Source of the DNA: a virus
Lineage: Duplodnaviria > Caudoviricetes
DNA: 42,722 nucleotides
Reading direction: 5' to 3' (one strand)
Virus record (IMG/VR): IMGVR_UViG_3300020161_000877
Location: 1-42,722 of that record
Both the position numbers and the translations under genes were made by a program. The notes beneath the pieces were generated by a model that was not told the origin of the DNA, made no database searches, and saw nothing but the letters and a program-made list of their open reading frames with translations. Shown one piece after another: positions 9,801 to 17,848 of the stretch (its first letter is position 1; the number at the start of each line of letters is the position of its first letter).

Positions 9801-11612
9801 ACCAGCCTTATCTTCTGTGCCTATCAGTGCATCAATCGCTGACTTTGTGAATGCTTTTCCGTACCTCTTCTGAAGCATTATGCCGTGGAAAGTCTCTTCG
9901 TTAACAGCAGACTTAGCCGCTTTATCGGCGTTGATTAATATGACAGGAGTTCCGTCCTTGTCTTTTAAGAATGTTATGCCACCAAATTCTGCGTCTGAAA
10001 GAGACTTACGCTCATACTCGTCCCACTCAATGCTGGTGGACATTTCTTTAATCTTCTCCTCAGTAAGAACAAGTATCTTGTTATCTCTTAACAGTCTTTC
10101 AGATGCGGCAATCTGAGACATCACGGATAACTGACCTTTGACACCAGCCTCTTTGTCTGCGTTCTGAAGCAGACGCATCAAGCCTTCTTGATTATTCCTA
10201 TCGTAGTGTTGAGTTGCCCAAAGAAAATGCTTGAGCGTATCGTTTATAGCGTTGCCGCCGCTTACAGTATTATAAACAACACCAATGTTGTGGAAGGCAG
10301 AGCCAATCGCAAAACCTGTTCCAAGACCGTGATAAAGTCCTTCCTCTCCACCAAAGGCAAGACCGAATGCACCACCATACATTGAAGAGTGAAGGCCAGT
10401 CTTTGTCGTCTCAGTAGCCCAGTCAATAAACGGAGTGCCTGTCTGAGACCAGAAATGTGCTATCTTCTTGATAGAAGGAGATGTTGATTCTGCGGCTATA
10501 CGCTCAGACAGCGTTAAACCACTGAACTTAGGGTCTTCAGAAAGAAGTTTGAAACTAACTTCACCAAGTCTACCTACGCCCTCTGTAAGTTTTGCGACAC
10601 CCCAAGTAGCGGTAGTAGCACCCCAAGCAGGAACTTTTAACTTATCTACACCTAATGCGTTTTCAGAAGAACGAACAATACCTTCTCTACCTTGAATTCT
10701 ACCACCAGATGTAATGTTGTGGTCGTGACCTGTCATATTAGACAGGGTCTCGCTTATGTTTCTGTCAAACTTACTAATGGCGTTAGAGACATTTTCAGAA
10801 CTGTCTGCAAGTCTTCCAAACCCTTCTGATGTTTTTCTTAAAGCATATGCACTAGCCTTTGAAAGGTTCTCACCAAGACCTATTGCTTTTGTAGCACCTC
10901 TAAGACCTTTTGCAATCGCTGACTCAATACCAAGATTAGGTGCAAGCCAAGAAGGGTCTGCTACATATGATAAAGCCTGTACTACAGCAGGGTTATAAAG
11001 GTCTAACTTCATACCACCAACCTCAATTGTAGGAGGCAAGAACGCACCTTCAGTCTGGTCTTTGTTAATCATTCTTCTGACCTCAAGTGCCTGTTGAAAT
11101 GCCAGATACTTATCTTCTGTAGAACCAGCAGTATTGAACATCAACTTACCAAGCCAAGAGTTCCTATCATATTTGGCTTCTTGATACATATACATCCAGT
11201 TCTTAGTACCAACTACCGTACCTTCTATTGCAGAACCAACGACCTTAGGTACTTTTAACTGAAGAGTGTCTTTAGCAAGTTCATAACCACCAACTCCAAT
11301 GTCAGAAAAAGTCTGTGCCGCCGCACTACCAATCTCAGACCACATACCCTTCTTTGTTTCCTCAACATACTTGTCGTATGCCTCGTACTCTTTAAATGTA
11401 GGTACATAGCCTAAATGACCGTAACGCTTTACCATCTCCGCTACAAACTTGCCTCGCAGTTCATCTGGAACTACAGGCTCTGCTGTCGTTATTTCAGCGT
11501 CAGAAAGAGGTATATCATCGTTTTCGACAGCCTTGCCAGAAGGAGACACCGACCCCTTCTCAGCAAAGTGTTTGTTTAACCCTTCAATGCTAGAGAAAAA
11601 TATTTCAGACAT
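813..11612 (-). CDS. Giant internal virion/ejection protein, large polyvalent-protein type
   Basis: 3599 aa, no Cys seen. Last of three ejection-position genes. Gly/Ala-rich hydrophobic stretch near the N-terminus, zincin-like EETFH...EEFLA, a degenerate ART-PolyVal-like segment and repeated FSP linkers. Confidence 0.7.
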   Translation of the reverse strand: MSEIFFSSIEGLNKHFAEKGSVSPSGKAVENDDIPLSDAEITTAEPVVPDELRGKFVAEMVKRYGHLGYVPTFKEYEAYDKYVEETKKGMWSEIGSAAAQTFSDIGVGGYELAKDTLQLKVPKVVGSAIEGTVVGTKNWMYMYQEAKYDRNSWLGKLMFNTAGSTEDKYLAFQQALEVRRMINKDQTEGAFLPPTIEVGGMKLDLYNPAVVQALSYVADPSWLAPNLGIESAIAKGLRGATKAIGLGENLSKASAYALRKTSEGFGRLADSSENVSNAISKFDRNISETLSNMTGHDHNITSGGRIQGREGIVRSSENALGVDKLKVPAWGATTATWGVAKLTEGVGRLGEVSFKLLSEDPKFSGLTLSERIAAESTSPSIKKIAHFWSQTGTPFIDWATETTKTGLHSSMYGGAFGLAFGGEEGLYHGLGTGFAIGSAFHNIGVVYNTVSGGNAINDTLKHFLWATQHYDRNNQEGLMRLLQNADKEAGVKGQLSVMSQIAASERLLRDNKILVLTEEKIKEMSTSIEWDEYERKSLSDAEFGGITFLKDKDGTPVILINADKAAKSAVNEETFHGIMLQKRYGKAFTKSAIDALIGTEDKAGALYRMPKETAVSLLEQFRDQYFNLQKDVTKAPVEGMQGMLTRFNDAIQKFKDGEKTSDIRGFFEEFLASYWNRFVEEKPIDYLLKGGDLGMVRNAIEGAKDTYRNIMARDLGEAGVQLIKGETADMFLIDQRTKQRVRIPLLEKLMKHYVRELRSGMYDGWEVNNKKYATTETLMNSEFDHLLKKDIETGLMRPITEEELNEESTKRVANLVEDLLNTDPSQRGITIELVNESGESKAQFSPPKKKKKQPKEKEPETRQVRETTVAKERAWFKEHTKRNLGTDVSAAELSDMGPSPKGRKPKVIEREVGVGRWSLDKSGDFWESVWEGNPRIRITGLATKTELNLFEKHLGAHTAARLRDLNYIIERSRAGRIEEISNTMRSTVLSYERENDDGTRDRGLFVEQRRFIPVELNLYFEQKPIGKPKDGIQKYRVGKARLLATVFDWDAYLKREDYMFNRIDDGEIHFKAVRNLFGTQQNLRQAVRDLLSNYSMGHKSEAGLKFFSRGRGGDKDAALRRDIVNATIGYHPTKEMLKKRRWKNAPLDAQLRRGEDKVEFPTVMTSFRVDRMTALVAEEGEGFRYDHINAYPRSQANFSPAVGHRDNNGNVLPAGAHNILRDTIYRNREGEHIALYSLRTPTSEILERGGVGRVFDFVDPEFASNLEEMLPRLRGSQYYSRNGWLHFTPDVYEAGFYENNKMRVGYIDTQSHLNLSDMPFGSDWKNSVEGVARRVSLLTEKPIGDVMEDILRITDDNGVRVFDHYKKETDPRSSNMPTLDEWLLSPKGKAFLSKYNIHSVEYMNINPASGNEFSTVAIFEPSRFVENRGVKNLDDFMFSPSKTIADKYREQVAKAGTHELSGLLKYRIDEKGQVVERVRGDEQVTEKYITNLVKHNEMLVKDAIDYIEQNKVYSPETHKRFKAYLIPRIQRVLKEKFPRAPLYMLEAIAQYSVDGFVKYTEAAKKFKGKEIPAVSLVADSVLVENARKYGITPAKIAETGLMSLGNWVEMSEAEYLTLKNYKGWSKLLEKTEAEAVAKVNYEIELKEQTKKAQIQSDIVAQRLADYRVREKITPEQWDELLLRGDKKTLANYKRITQEPVVPSGKYKLTGEERGKIRASILDRRVMMDSLIKKVLRDNNGITGLADNIAERQKQLVFLMDASLVGIGRVGSDNIKLSSYALKNLREAFFQRNATLAKKLLKAERGYARKEMQSIVDAFDAIETSKIPVSQQAIEAKATYERHTKEIEAIVSNDAKQQILDVLTAYQISEMSPETLEKVRAKLYDEAQNGLIELGTPEAIARSVELYTFFDSNGKDVVKRIQDSIKLNYVKSIEAMEKEGFYGVKWQSFDLTKTQNQFDSGNGYKVARKAWYFDGTKFMVADQIHSTNSGVLVMYDQNGDVLLQKTYKEYTTNKIGAKVLTPEAEIKKMTDLFLQQATQIIRNKALAGEVPANMLIEGPYQKVDGKLKKYILALAKKEIGKSELPDDRFVLHRNGDYFVAQELYTNEIGFDVPKRIEQLQRQLDENLANARRPLNKDEKAELKKKIEDIQSNIDQGKYPNDEALADAQARIEKIKEQIANGYVVSDKLDPKRKLTPEERVVIRDNITRLNQYINQDLGFSFVIDHNYNVKIIKERFGSYSERNKDLAEMATSKSRNSAVVFEKFAQESFTRFDNFIRGKRSVESQMLAAMLGESGKSEKQIVPQIRELMAQLQEIERQQRGFFRDQRKKINEAKRRSGQKPLTDVKIVDQLVGELKLIQEASNNAEAMHLAAAQQLYEMGVLQKMQNMTPEAVEELLFRVSAKGSEVDLSQFQLPVPKDGNVVGMINQLQKQFYEHGSRFSVMEDRYQKLHDGLYGKSDATAEIKEKIDFLAKRYLWAKGTLIAKETDFIKKASLHQFDVVSSFDYMALRRYKPKTGVVHGDPTYLADVENILGKGHENYRSLEDYTDAFKSRIIDLKSYYDQGIRAGDLSMKRILGIDLKNLNSEISISHNLRRNITKTNLGDEAYAWINDPRREARLREIDKDIVDGRIDYDEAIAVIKDEYLLSTVGKHGVDLRDTVTALNQTLEKISIVSNRLNIASGKVELRQNIVIGDGTGLTLEQYRKELTTDPKRLGNELLKLREKKEALQKRYENILKKAGDADAPPEFKRLVAEYRHFDYATSVAKKNIIKDRKLYRQLERMRQNNIVDLFKQYDDFARNLGIPNIKDSRIEIHPEDPRTQYVYYAFPELSMQFNSARWRMWDLTTTTTNGLGGVHSGRAELPKTEFRNNPLKNWIIQDSKESRQRIYLADYIHFANAKRQMYEANPNTAMSAADANLIKFFFPKESSKGVLKRLIDSIPEERMREHEALKNGILDTFKNDKERERFIRGFVADAFDLISNNQGIRELALKKLKGMSDEEFAAWKDKYPVDFDKSVKTREVIEQAMYLVKKGRIPVTKKGEPFNYRDSVHTILSPEDLKKLYDIGQSLNYTNEYIQQLIDEGPKENSPPAIRNILARKKAPFATRHNVGHIPVDTLIRMQGFDDIWKTETQWHKMDSLFGRERNFGVKAEYEKLSPDKRFNLDVSQVNRMMLANEANNIKAAKELRKRYKTQKKAILGDETIEDYHFGETGDIIKDEFERVQQILGEALKTDASINLYKQRLTEFISARPKAVANLLSMEDNLRISGAVRGKDNQLIIDWHNKNKPNYRDTIDGRYFVRKIEDKNKAGRVTVSYEVLFAGETFSTLRNKTVHKLDTMRIGLVNDITEAQVLIRFFEDDVMKVKTAANLVEGGKKGYDEFKVGDQPLPVQDPTQNLLLNWSNASLFAKQVMELYMDNKGKPYYKQLMADKFEAIGQYGEMQYLVWSTSTGEYKRKMVITPSKEGILKKYFREGISSDGHKRWERIKETQKPDDPNLVSKENEPTQEQATRTEDARASTPEEKTVSDATTFDIVQESIPSEDKPYKDFVILQNRLGYTIVKLERDRRNVYRVFNPASAFMSEVYSELEAVEEILKTEMKQYD

Positions 11613-13675
11613 TATTTTTTAGGTTCGTATTTAGCACCATACTTTTTTACAAGTTCTTCAACAGCAGATGTAATCTGTTCTTGATTGTCAAACATAGGTT
11701 TACCGTCTGCTCTTTGTATTGAGAAATTATAACCTTCAAGTTTTGTTTTTGCAGAAAAGTGCAGGATACCTCTGGTCAATTCAAGAGTATCTTGCATAAC
11801 CTTAGGGTCTCTGAACAAGAGGTTCATAAATGTAGGCTCTGCCATAAGGTCGGCAAGCCTGTCAGCATCTCTTTCAGTTTCTGTACCCGGAGCAATAAAC
11901 GCTTTTCTGAAAGTCTCAAGACCTCTTTGCAATGTAGTATACTGTTGCTTCCAGTCAGAGCCACCGATGCTTGTAAATGCTTGATAAAACTTAGCGTCAC
12001 CCCACATAGCCTTCATCTTATCAATGTATGTATCAGACCTATACAATGCCTGTTCTGACTCAGTAATATCAGCCTGTGCTTTCTCTGGATTGATAAGAGC
12101 CATTTCAGAAAGAGGGTCTTCTGTACTTGTTGCGTTGACACTAATAATGTAGTTGCCAACTCTTCTGCCAGCAACCGTCTTGCCTTCTGTTGTCTTTGTA
12201 GGCTGTTGATAGTTTCTAAGGAAGTTGTTTGCGGCTTGAGCCTTCATCTCAGCCTCAGTTTTCTTTGTAGCCGTAGGAGCAATGCTACCACCACGGTTTA
12301 AAGGTATCATTTCCTTGCCGTTTGTAATAGCCTTGCTACCATCTGGTAGAGTGATTTCAGTCCAGCCACCATAGATGTTAAAGATTTTATAAGCATCGTC
12401 TCTATTAAGAGGGAACGGAGCACCCATCTCATCAAACTTAGCCTTTGCTAAGTCATATGCCTCATCTGCCCTTTCCTTGCTGTTCTTACTACGAGAAACT
12501 TCTCTAGTAATACCCATACCTACTTTCTCTTCAGAGATAATCTCAACCTCGTTTGGTAGCACAGTAGGTGCTGTTGGCTTTACCTTGATTCCAAGAGCCT
12601 TGCCAACCTTAGACTGAAAATCGTTGGTCTTGAAGAACTGCAATGCAGTGTCATAAGTCTTCTGGTTTACTTCAACATCTTTATTTAAGCCTTTAGCCTC
12701 TTCATTCCACTTGAACTTATGTTCAATAACTTTAGACTGAGATGGATATTGTTTAAGAAGTTGTTCATAAACAGCACGAACAAACTCTCTTTTCTTTGTA
12801 GAAGGATTGTCTACAGCAGACAGGTTTGGATTAAACTCTGGGTCTCCAGACAGTGACTGTGCTAATGCAGAAGCATAATCGTTCTGTGTAGCATCCTGTG
12901 CTTGTTTTGTTGCAACCTTAAGTCCGCTCTCTTTAAGAAATGCGTCAATATCATCGACTTCTTCATACGAAGTAGGAGTACGCAGTATTCCTCTTCTTGT
13001 TTCTCTAACTCCATACTGTGTCTCTGTTGTTACAGGACTTATCTCTCCAAACGAGTCATTGAGTATTGTTTCTGCTTCAAGTTTTTTCAACCCAATAGCC
13101 TTTATGTCTGCCTCTATTTGTGCTCTTTTACCAGCATCCTCTGCAAGTGTTAACTCTCTTTTCTTAAGTTCTAAGTTTTGTGAGTGTACATCTTTCTCAA
13201 ACGAAAGTTTTTGGACAGCCAATTCTCTTTCTTTTCTCTGTAAGTCAAGAATCTGCGTCTTGTAATTCTGGTCAAACTCAACAGCCTTTTCCTCCCTGTG
13301 TTTTTGCTCTAAAGTGAGAAATGTATTAAGGTCTGTTGTGGCTAGGCCAAACACTCCGTCTGGTTCTTTCTCAACCTTCTTTGCGATGTCTTTGATGTGT
13401 GCAGGTGCGGTGTCTGATATCTTATAGGTAACCTCACCTGTTGCGTCATCTTCTGGGCCATCCTGCTCCATATACTTATTGATGACACCTTGTGCTAAAG
13501 AAGCCGCTTGTTCTTTGGCCTGTCTCTGTAGACCTAATGACTCAATACCTTTGCCTACTCCAGCACCAAAATCTGCAATACCTTTTCTTAAGTTCTCAGC
13601 AATACCTGCCGTATATGGCAGAATATTGATTTGAGGAACTTGTTCTGATTGATATCGTGTAAATGGACTTGCCAT
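11612..13675 (-). CDS. Internal virion/ejection protein (T7 gp15-like position)
   Basis: 687 aa, no Cys, coiled-coil-rich; lies between the small and giant ejection genes. Confidence 0.6.
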   Translation of the reverse strand: MASPFTRYQSEQVPQINILPYTAGIAENLRKGIADFGAGVGKGIESLGLQRQAKEQAASLAQGVINKYMEQDGPEDDATGEVTYKISDTAPAHIKDIAKKVEKEPDGVFGLATTDLNTFLTLEQKHREEKAVEFDQNYKTQILDLQRKERELAVQKLSFEKDVHSQNLELKKRELTLAEDAGKRAQIEADIKAIGLKKLEAETILNDSFGEISPVTTETQYGVRETRRGILRTPTSYEEVDDIDAFLKESGLKVATKQAQDATQNDYASALAQSLSGDPEFNPNLSAVDNPSTKKREFVRAVYEQLLKQYPSQSKVIEHKFKWNEEAKGLNKDVEVNQKTYDTALQFFKTNDFQSKVGKALGIKVKPTAPTVLPNEVEIISEEKVGMGITREVSRSKNSKERADEAYDLAKAKFDEMGAPFPLNRDDAYKIFNIYGGWTEITLPDGSKAITNGKEMIPLNRGGSIAPTATKKTEAEMKAQAANNFLRNYQQPTKTTEGKTVAGRRVGNYIISVNATSTEDPLSEMALINPEKAQADITESEQALYRSDTYIDKMKAMWGDAKFYQAFTSIGGSDWKQQYTTLQRGLETFRKAFIAPGTETERDADRLADLMAEPTFMNLLFRDPKVMQDTLELTRGILHFSAKTKLEGYNFSIQRADGKPMFDNQEQITSAVEELVKKYGAKYEPKK

Positions 13676-13686
13676 AAATTTATGCG

Positions 13687-14574
13687 TTAGGTTTTAACTC
13701 TTGGAACAGCACCACCCATATTTAATCCACCAGCACCAAATAAACCTGTACCTCCACTAGCCATTCCACCAGCAATAGAACCAACAGCACTAAGAGCACC
13801 GCTAATCATAGAAGCGTTGTTCTGTGCAGTAGCAGTTCTCGCTTGCAGTTCCATATTCTGGTTAGCGGCAACAAGGTTGGCGTTATACTGTGATTCTGGT
13901 TGTAAGTATGTCGGGCCAAGGTTGGCGTTATACTGCGTAGCCATACCAGCCAGACCCATCGGTGACAGAGCAGACATACCGCTCTGAACCAGCGGAGAGC
14001 CGTACTGCTGATAGGCGTTTCCAGCCATCGTAACATCGTTTCCAAGCACAGTGTTGGCAAACAGTCTGGCTCTATCTTCCCTCTGCATTCCCAAGTTGTA
14101 CCCACTAAGCACTTCAGCACCGATGCCTTGGTTGCTGTATGCAAGACCTCTAGAGGTGCTTGCCGCTCTACCCATCTGCTGTGCTTGTTTCATCATTTCT
14201 GGAGTCAGTGCTGAACCTGCGTTTAGTCCAGCCATAGCCTGTGTACGCATCTTGTTCTGCAACTCTGCACCACCGCCAAGGCCAGCCTCATAGGTCTTTC
14301 TTGAACTCTCCGCAATAGGAGTAAGAGCACCAGCAAAGGTAGTACCATACTGAGACAGCAGGTTTGCACTGTCTCCCATAACTTCACGATAAAAGGTCTT
14401 AAGGTTGTTAGCCTGACCCATCATCTGCTCATACTGCATCTTCTGCCACTGCGGAATGAGTTTCCGCTCGGCCTCCATCATCTGCGGGGCGAGGTCTATC
14501 TGAGCACGGATTGCATCAGACATCTCCTTGTAGTAGTCTCTAGGTGGCGGTGCTTGAACTTTAGTTGAACCCAT
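13687..14574 (-). CDS. Internal virion/ejection (pilot) protein
   Basis: 295 aa, rich in Gln/Ala/Gly/Met, no Cys, with a Gly-rich hydrophobic C-terminus typical of podovirus DNA-transfer proteins. Confidence 0.6.
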   Translation of the reverse strand: MGSTKVQAPPPRDYYKEMSDAIRAQIDLAPQMMEAERKLIPQWQKMQYEQMMGQANNLKTFYREVMGDSANLLSQYGTTFAGALTPIAESSRKTYEAGLGGGAELQNKMRTQAMAGLNAGSALTPEMMKQAQQMGRAASTSRGLAYSNQGIGAEVLSGYNLGMQREDRARLFANTVLGNDVTMAGNAYQQYGSPLVQSGMSALSPMGLAGMATQYNANLGPTYLQPESQYNANLVAANQNMELQARTATAQNNASMISGALSAVGSIAGGMASGGTGLFGAGGLNMGGAVPRVKT

Positions 14575-15014
14575 TATTTTTTAAGTGTTAAGATTTTAGA
14601 TTTGTTGAGTTTTTTTACCCTTGAGTTTCTGCAAGCCAGTATCTGACAACTAGGGTCAGACTCTATTTCTGGATACCTCTTTAGTATCTTTTCTATTATC
14701 TTTACTCTGGCATCGGAATTGTCAACCAGAGCATCCATAATATAGAAGTCGTGCTTCTCGGAGTTTATGGTTATGTTCTTTAGTATGGTGCTTACAGTAG
14801 GAGTGTTGTTGTATTTTATGATAGGGAAGATGGTTATGACTCCGTTGAGTTTACCATTTTCGTAATTGCAGAACAGGTACTTATGCTCGTCCAGCCAAGC
14901 CAACCACTCGTCCAACCACTCCACATCAAACACGCACCGCTTACTAGTACTCCTTTTTTCTAGGATGTACTCATAGGCATCCTTGGCCTGTTTAGTTGTG
15001 AAAGGCCAACTCAA
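14574..15014 (-). CDS. Hypothetical virion assembly protein (T7 gp13/GNAT-like position)
   Basis: 146 aa alpha/beta protein immediately upstream of the ejection genes; translationally coupled. Confidence 0.4.
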   Translation of the reverse strand: MSWPFTTKQAKDAYEYILEKRSTSKRCVFDVEWLDEWLAWLDEHKYLFCNYENGKLNGVITIFPIIKYNNTPTVSTILKNITINSEKHDFYIMDALVDNSDARVKIIEKILKRYPEIESDPSCQILACRNSRVKKLNKSKILTLKK

Positions 15015-15015
15015 G

Positions 15016-16110
15016 TTAGGCGAACTTGGTAATCATCGTTGAGAAATGTACCTCCGCCCCCGGCCCTTCTATAGGTGAAGGATTAGCATTAACATAAACA
15101 TAATATTGTATATTTATTGTAGTCTCAACTGCAACCTTAAAAGCGGCATAACAAGTTGATGTTCCGTTAGAGTAACCAGAACAATAAGTAGTATTGCCTC
15201 TTCTTATTTCTGTACTTGTAGTATTATTAAAAACCCTACAAGTTATTGACCCAGCACCGCCAAGAGCCTGTATTGTAATATTTGTAGCCACAGAGTATGT
15301 GCCAGCGGGAAGAGTTATGTTGCTGTTGCTTGTTCCGCTACCAGTAAACGCAGAAGAATTAACAACAAATGTATCTGTTTCTGTAAGCCTGTTAAGCGGA
15401 ACGCTTGCCCAAGCGTTTATAGTAGGGTAAGTATATTGGTTGTTGTCTGGAAGAACCAAGTCTATGACGGCAATTTTTGTTGGACTGATTAAATTTTTCC
15501 AAGCACTTCCATTATAATACTCAGCATCAGAAAGTGTAGAGTTGTATCTAAAATCACCAGCAACAGGCGTGGCTGGACGCTGTGCCGTAGTACCAACAGG
15601 AAGTTTGATAGAGTTTGTGTTTGTAAACACAACATTACCAGTGCCAGATGTGTTGAACTCAATACCGCTTGAACCAGAAGAAAGAGTAATCTTTCCGTTT
15701 CCGTGACCATATCCAGAGTTACTAGCGGTAAGATTTAAGTTTCCACCTAAACTGTTAATGAGGATACCACTATTTGCGTTAGATGAATCTCCATTAGCAA
15801 TGAGAAGACCTTCTCCACTTTGTATCTGAAGCGTCCCAGTAGAGCCGTTATACTGAGCACCCTCTATATAGTTTGTCTCAATCGCAATTCCAGAAGCAAT
15901 TAAGTTTTGAACTTTAGCCTTTCTAAGAGCACCAGCCACAGGGTCATATATCAGAACCTCCTCAGTTCCTTGAAAAGTGCCTTGCAGTTTTTCAGTCTGC
16001 CCATTGATGACAGGTGGTAGCAACTGAGCCGAATCGACAAGGTCGTTCAGCATATCGAATGTGACGACCTGTCCGTCTACAAATGTTTCTCCTTTTTGAA
16101 TCTGTGACAT
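15016..16110 (-). CDS. Tail fibre/spike protein
   Basis: 364 aa, S/G/T/N-rich beta strands, contains the common fibre motif LPVGTTAQRP...GDFRYNST...EYYNGSAW. Confidence 0.65.
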   Translation of the reverse strand: MSQIQKGETFVDGQVVTFDMLNDLVDSAQLLPPVINGQTEKLQGTFQGTEEVLIYDPVAGALRKAKVQNLIASGIAIETNYIEGAQYNGSTGTLQIQSGEGLLIANGDSSNANSGILINSLGGNLNLTASNSGYGHGNGKITLSSGSSGIEFNTSGTGNVVFTNTNSIKLPVGTTAQRPATPVAGDFRYNSTLSDAEYYNGSAWKNLISPTKIAVIDLVLPDNNQYTYPTINAWASVPLNRLTETDTFVVNSSAFTGSGTSNSNITLPAGTYSVATNITIQALGGAGSITCRVFNNTTSTEIRRGNTTYCSGYSNGTSTCYAAFKVAVETTINIQYYVYVNANPSPIEGPGAEVHFSTMITKFA

Positions 16111-16111
16111 A

Positions 16112-17740
16112 TTATTTCTTGGTTTGAATGTTCTTTGTGTTCATCTTTGAGTATACTGCGGCAGACCTAATTGTAGGTCTTTTGTTTGTGGCTACAAATG
16201 ATAACTGGACACCAGTTCCTATCTTACGCAAAGGAATTCTTCTGGTCTCATCATTGTTAGTTGGACTTCCGTAGTTGTCAATTTCAGACGATGAGTCTGG
16301 GTTCTGAACTAATGCAAAAGTCTTAATCGCAGTACCAGCATCAAACTCAAAGTCTATCTCGGCACTGCTAAATCGCTTGTCCTTAAAAGTGCCAAACACA
16401 TACCTGCGTGTAATAAGTTTAGACGATATTTGGTTTTGCTTAAACTCAAGTTGTCCTAGTGAGAACGGAAGTCTTGGCCTTTCGTTGACCATATCCAGTG
16501 TAGGAATACCAAGAACAACAGCACCATACTCATCGTACTCAAGTTCCTCAGTAAGGAATAACCCCTCGTTAGAGTCTATGATAAACAGTCTTCTTTGAGT
16601 GTTAAGTTTTGCAATGGCAAAGTTAAATATGTCTATTCCTGCTGGGTATGTATCAACTGACTCCCAAGCGTTTAGTATAAAGTTGTAGACCAACACGACA
16701 TTATTCTTCGTTGAATTGTCGATTGGCACAGCCAGATAGTATCTGTTGTTCCAGTATGCGGCAACAGACCTATGAGCGTAGGTCTTGTTTATGCGGAGTA
16801 TGATGTCGTCTACAGGAGCGGACATCGGCTGTGCGTTGGTCAACAAACGCATAGACTCGTTAGAGCCAACCTGCGTTGGGTTCATCATATACACGCCATA
16901 ATCAGACAAGAAGATGACACCTCCGTTTGCCTGTACTATGCTCTTCTTGGCGATGCAACCAATATCAGAAACAAGAGTCTTTATAAAACAGGTTGCATCA
17001 AGGGCATCTCCAGTTGCATAGCGACCAACACCAATATTCACATAGAATATGCTATTACGCATAAACACAGTGAACTCATTGAGAGTCCAAGGTGCTATGC
17101 CAACTACTTGGTCGTTACCACCATTGTTAAATGTGAACGAGTCAAGGACATCCCAGTCGTTGTAGTCTAGATAGTTGCTGACACAAACTGAGTCCCTTCT
17201 TCTATTGAGGTTTGCCTCGTTATGGAACATACCTTGGGCAATAAACCTATTGCCATAGTACATCAGGTCAGTGCAACTTGGAAACTCGTGACCTGTGCCA
17301 ACAGTAGTTGGAAGTGCGATTATAGACAAAGCCATATCCCACATAAGAGGTCTCTTGAGATGTCCTCTTGTGATGAACAACTTGTCCATACCTTGGCATA
17401 AGGTACAGCCATCGCTTGTGGTTATTGTTTGTCCAGCAGGAAACGCAACAGGAGCAGAAAGGCCAGATGCGTATGTGTACTTATATAGGTGTGTTTCTGT
17501 AACAAACACTATAGTCTCAACACCATTTACATCTACATAAGTTGTGCTTCCGTAGATTTGTGTTCCAGTAAACGCACCTGCAAACAGACGCTCAATGCCT
17601 TTTCTTGGTCTGGCTACACCTCTGTCAAATCTGTAGTTCTCAGATTTGCTGACCACGCCAGCAGGTAATGAGGATGGGTTGTCACGACTGTTGAGTCCGA
17701 CAAATCCAGCATCACCATCCTTGACGAGTTCAACAGGCAT
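16112..17740 (-). CDS. Tail nozzle/tail tubular protein (P22 gp10/T7 gp12-like)
   Basis: 542 aa, beta-propeller-like; DIGCIAKKSI...GVIFLSDYGVY and VLVYNF...WE motifs; synteny. Confidence 0.7.
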   Translation of the reverse strand: MPVELVKDGDAGFVGLNSRDNPSSLPAGVVSKSENYRFDRGVARPRKGIERLFAGAFTGTQIYGSTTYVDVNGVETIVFVTETHLYKYTYASGLSAPVAFPAGQTITTSDGCTLCQGMDKLFITRGHLKRPLMWDMALSIIALPTTVGTGHEFPSCTDLMYYGNRFIAQGMFHNEANLNRRRDSVCVSNYLDYNDWDVLDSFTFNNGGNDQVVGIAPWTLNEFTVFMRNSIFYVNIGVGRYATGDALDATCFIKTLVSDIGCIAKKSIVQANGGVIFLSDYGVYMMNPTQVGSNESMRLLTNAQPMSAPVDDIILRINKTYAHRSVAAYWNNRYYLAVPIDNSTKNNVVLVYNFILNAWESVDTYPAGIDIFNFAIAKLNTQRRLFIIDSNEGLFLTEELEYDEYGAVVLGIPTLDMVNERPRLPFSLGQLEFKQNQISSKLITRRYVFGTFKDKRFSSAEIDFEFDAGTAIKTFALVQNPDSSSEIDNYGSPTNNDETRRIPLRKIGTGVQLSFVATNKRPTIRSAAVYSKMNTKNIQTKK

Positions 17741-17847
17741 TAGGTCTTGAAGAAGGCCGCATATATGCCGCTCAACTTGTCAGACCATCTGACACCGACA
17801 TAGACACCGCCAAGAAAAGCGATAGAGGATGCAATAAGAGTAATCAT
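17740..17847 (-). CDS. Small membrane protein, 35 aa
   Basis: MITLIASSIAFLGGVYVGVRWSDKLSGIYAAFFKT fills the intergenic gap exactly, with TAATG coupling to the next gene. Confidence 0.65.
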   Translation of the reverse strand: MITLIASSIAFLGGVYVGVRWSDKLSGIYAAFFKT

Positions 17848-17848
17848 A

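Noticed and set aside
813-11612. N4-like or crAss-like virion RNA polymerase (similar size, Cys-free)
   Set aside because: I found no T7-type motif A/B/C set or DxDGD motif, and the early promoters look like host sigma70 extended -10 promoters. Structure prediction would be needed to exclude it fully.
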